NCBI RefSeq assembly: GCF_018977255.1
Contig: NW_024704743.1
Coordinates: forward strand, 6,884,001-6,948,000
Length of the DNA: 64,000 bases
Reading direction: 5' to 3'
Origin: Callorhinchus milii
Lineage: Eukaryota
This document shows, in pieces, positions 63,437 through 64,000 of the stretch. How positions within the stretch are numbered: position 1 is the first letter of the stretch; each line of letters begins with the position of its first letter. The translations under genes were made by a program, and so were the position numbers. Below the pieces are notes generated by a model, which had not been told where the DNA came from, made no database searches, and saw only the letters and a program-made list of their open reading frames with translations.

Positions 63437-63985
63437 AAAAAAAGAGAAAAATCCCTAACTTCACAAAAAATATCGTTCACCAGAACAGCTCAACGTCAAC
63501 CAGGTTCGGTTCAGCACAGCCCGGAGCCAGTCAGTCAGTCAGTCAGTCAGTCCCTCCACACACCAGCAATCACCTTGGCTTCTCCCCCTCCTCCTCCTCT
63601 CCTCATCCCCTGTCAAGACACCCAAATCCTTCCTCACACATAATTAACCTCGAATTGCAGCCCGCGGGTGAAACATCGCCTTTTCGCCCCACGACAGGGA
63701 AGTGAAGTGTTATATATATATTTTTTTGGGGGGGGGGGCGGGTGTGGTGTGGGGGTGAGAGGATTTTTAAAAAAATTCAACCAAATCCGAGTCTTTTCAT
63801 TTAATTTTTTTTAAAAAAATTTAAATAAATCTAATCTTTTTTCGAGTCGAAATAAAGAGTCGGCCCGAGCGCCCCACACCGGGGGGACGGGGGGGGGGAG
63901 AGAGGAGGAAACTGCCTGCGCCTCGCTGTTAATTGTGAATTTACAGATAAGATGTATTTATATCGACCAGAAATAAGATGTAAAT

Positions 63986-64000
63986 AAATACCTGCGCTCG
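63986..64000 (-). other. Possible splice donor (CGAGCGCAG|GTATTT) ending an upstream, possibly first, exon
   Basis: GT at 63991-63990 on the minus strand at a GC-rich to AT-rich transition. Only 9 exonic nt would lie inside the window. Confidence 0.35.

Larger units (their letters stand above)
62470..64000. promoter_or_regulatory. CpG-rich region (CpG-island-like), probably promoter-proximal
   Basis: CpG is visibly dense at 62470-62800 and 63440-64000 compared with the CpG-poor background. G-runs are present and SINE/LINE insertions are absent. Confidence 0.6.

Noticed and set aside
62692..63643. Long ORFs (221-290 aa) on both strands
   Set aside because: These are translations of the GA/CA microsatellite.

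Overview
This is vertebrate non-coding DNA, probably from a cartilaginous fish (chimaera/shark-type repeats; this is an inference from remembered repeat families, not a database result). I found no host protein-coding exon I can recognise and no prokaryotic-type system (no CRISPR array, operon or rRNA). The window is dominated by retroposons: CR1 and L2 LINE fragments, an old Deu-domain SINE, and a younger tRNA-headed SINE. One 2.5 kb CR1 copy carries only two lesions in ORF2. There are also small DNA-transposon-like inverted-repeat elements, a 26-bp minisatellite and a large GA/CA microsatellite inside a CpG-rich right end. A minus-strand splice donor at the right edge and a few candidate exons suggest the window is mostly the 5' introns of an unidentified minus-strand gene (low confidence). 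The most interesting structure is the SINE/L2 ecosystem: a CORE-Deu chimeric SINE with its longer precursor still present, a 3' stem-loop with compensatory changes shared by SINEs and several L2 families, recurrent insertions at the same sites, and a local inverted duplication. All alignments were done by eye, so boundaries of old repeats are approximate.
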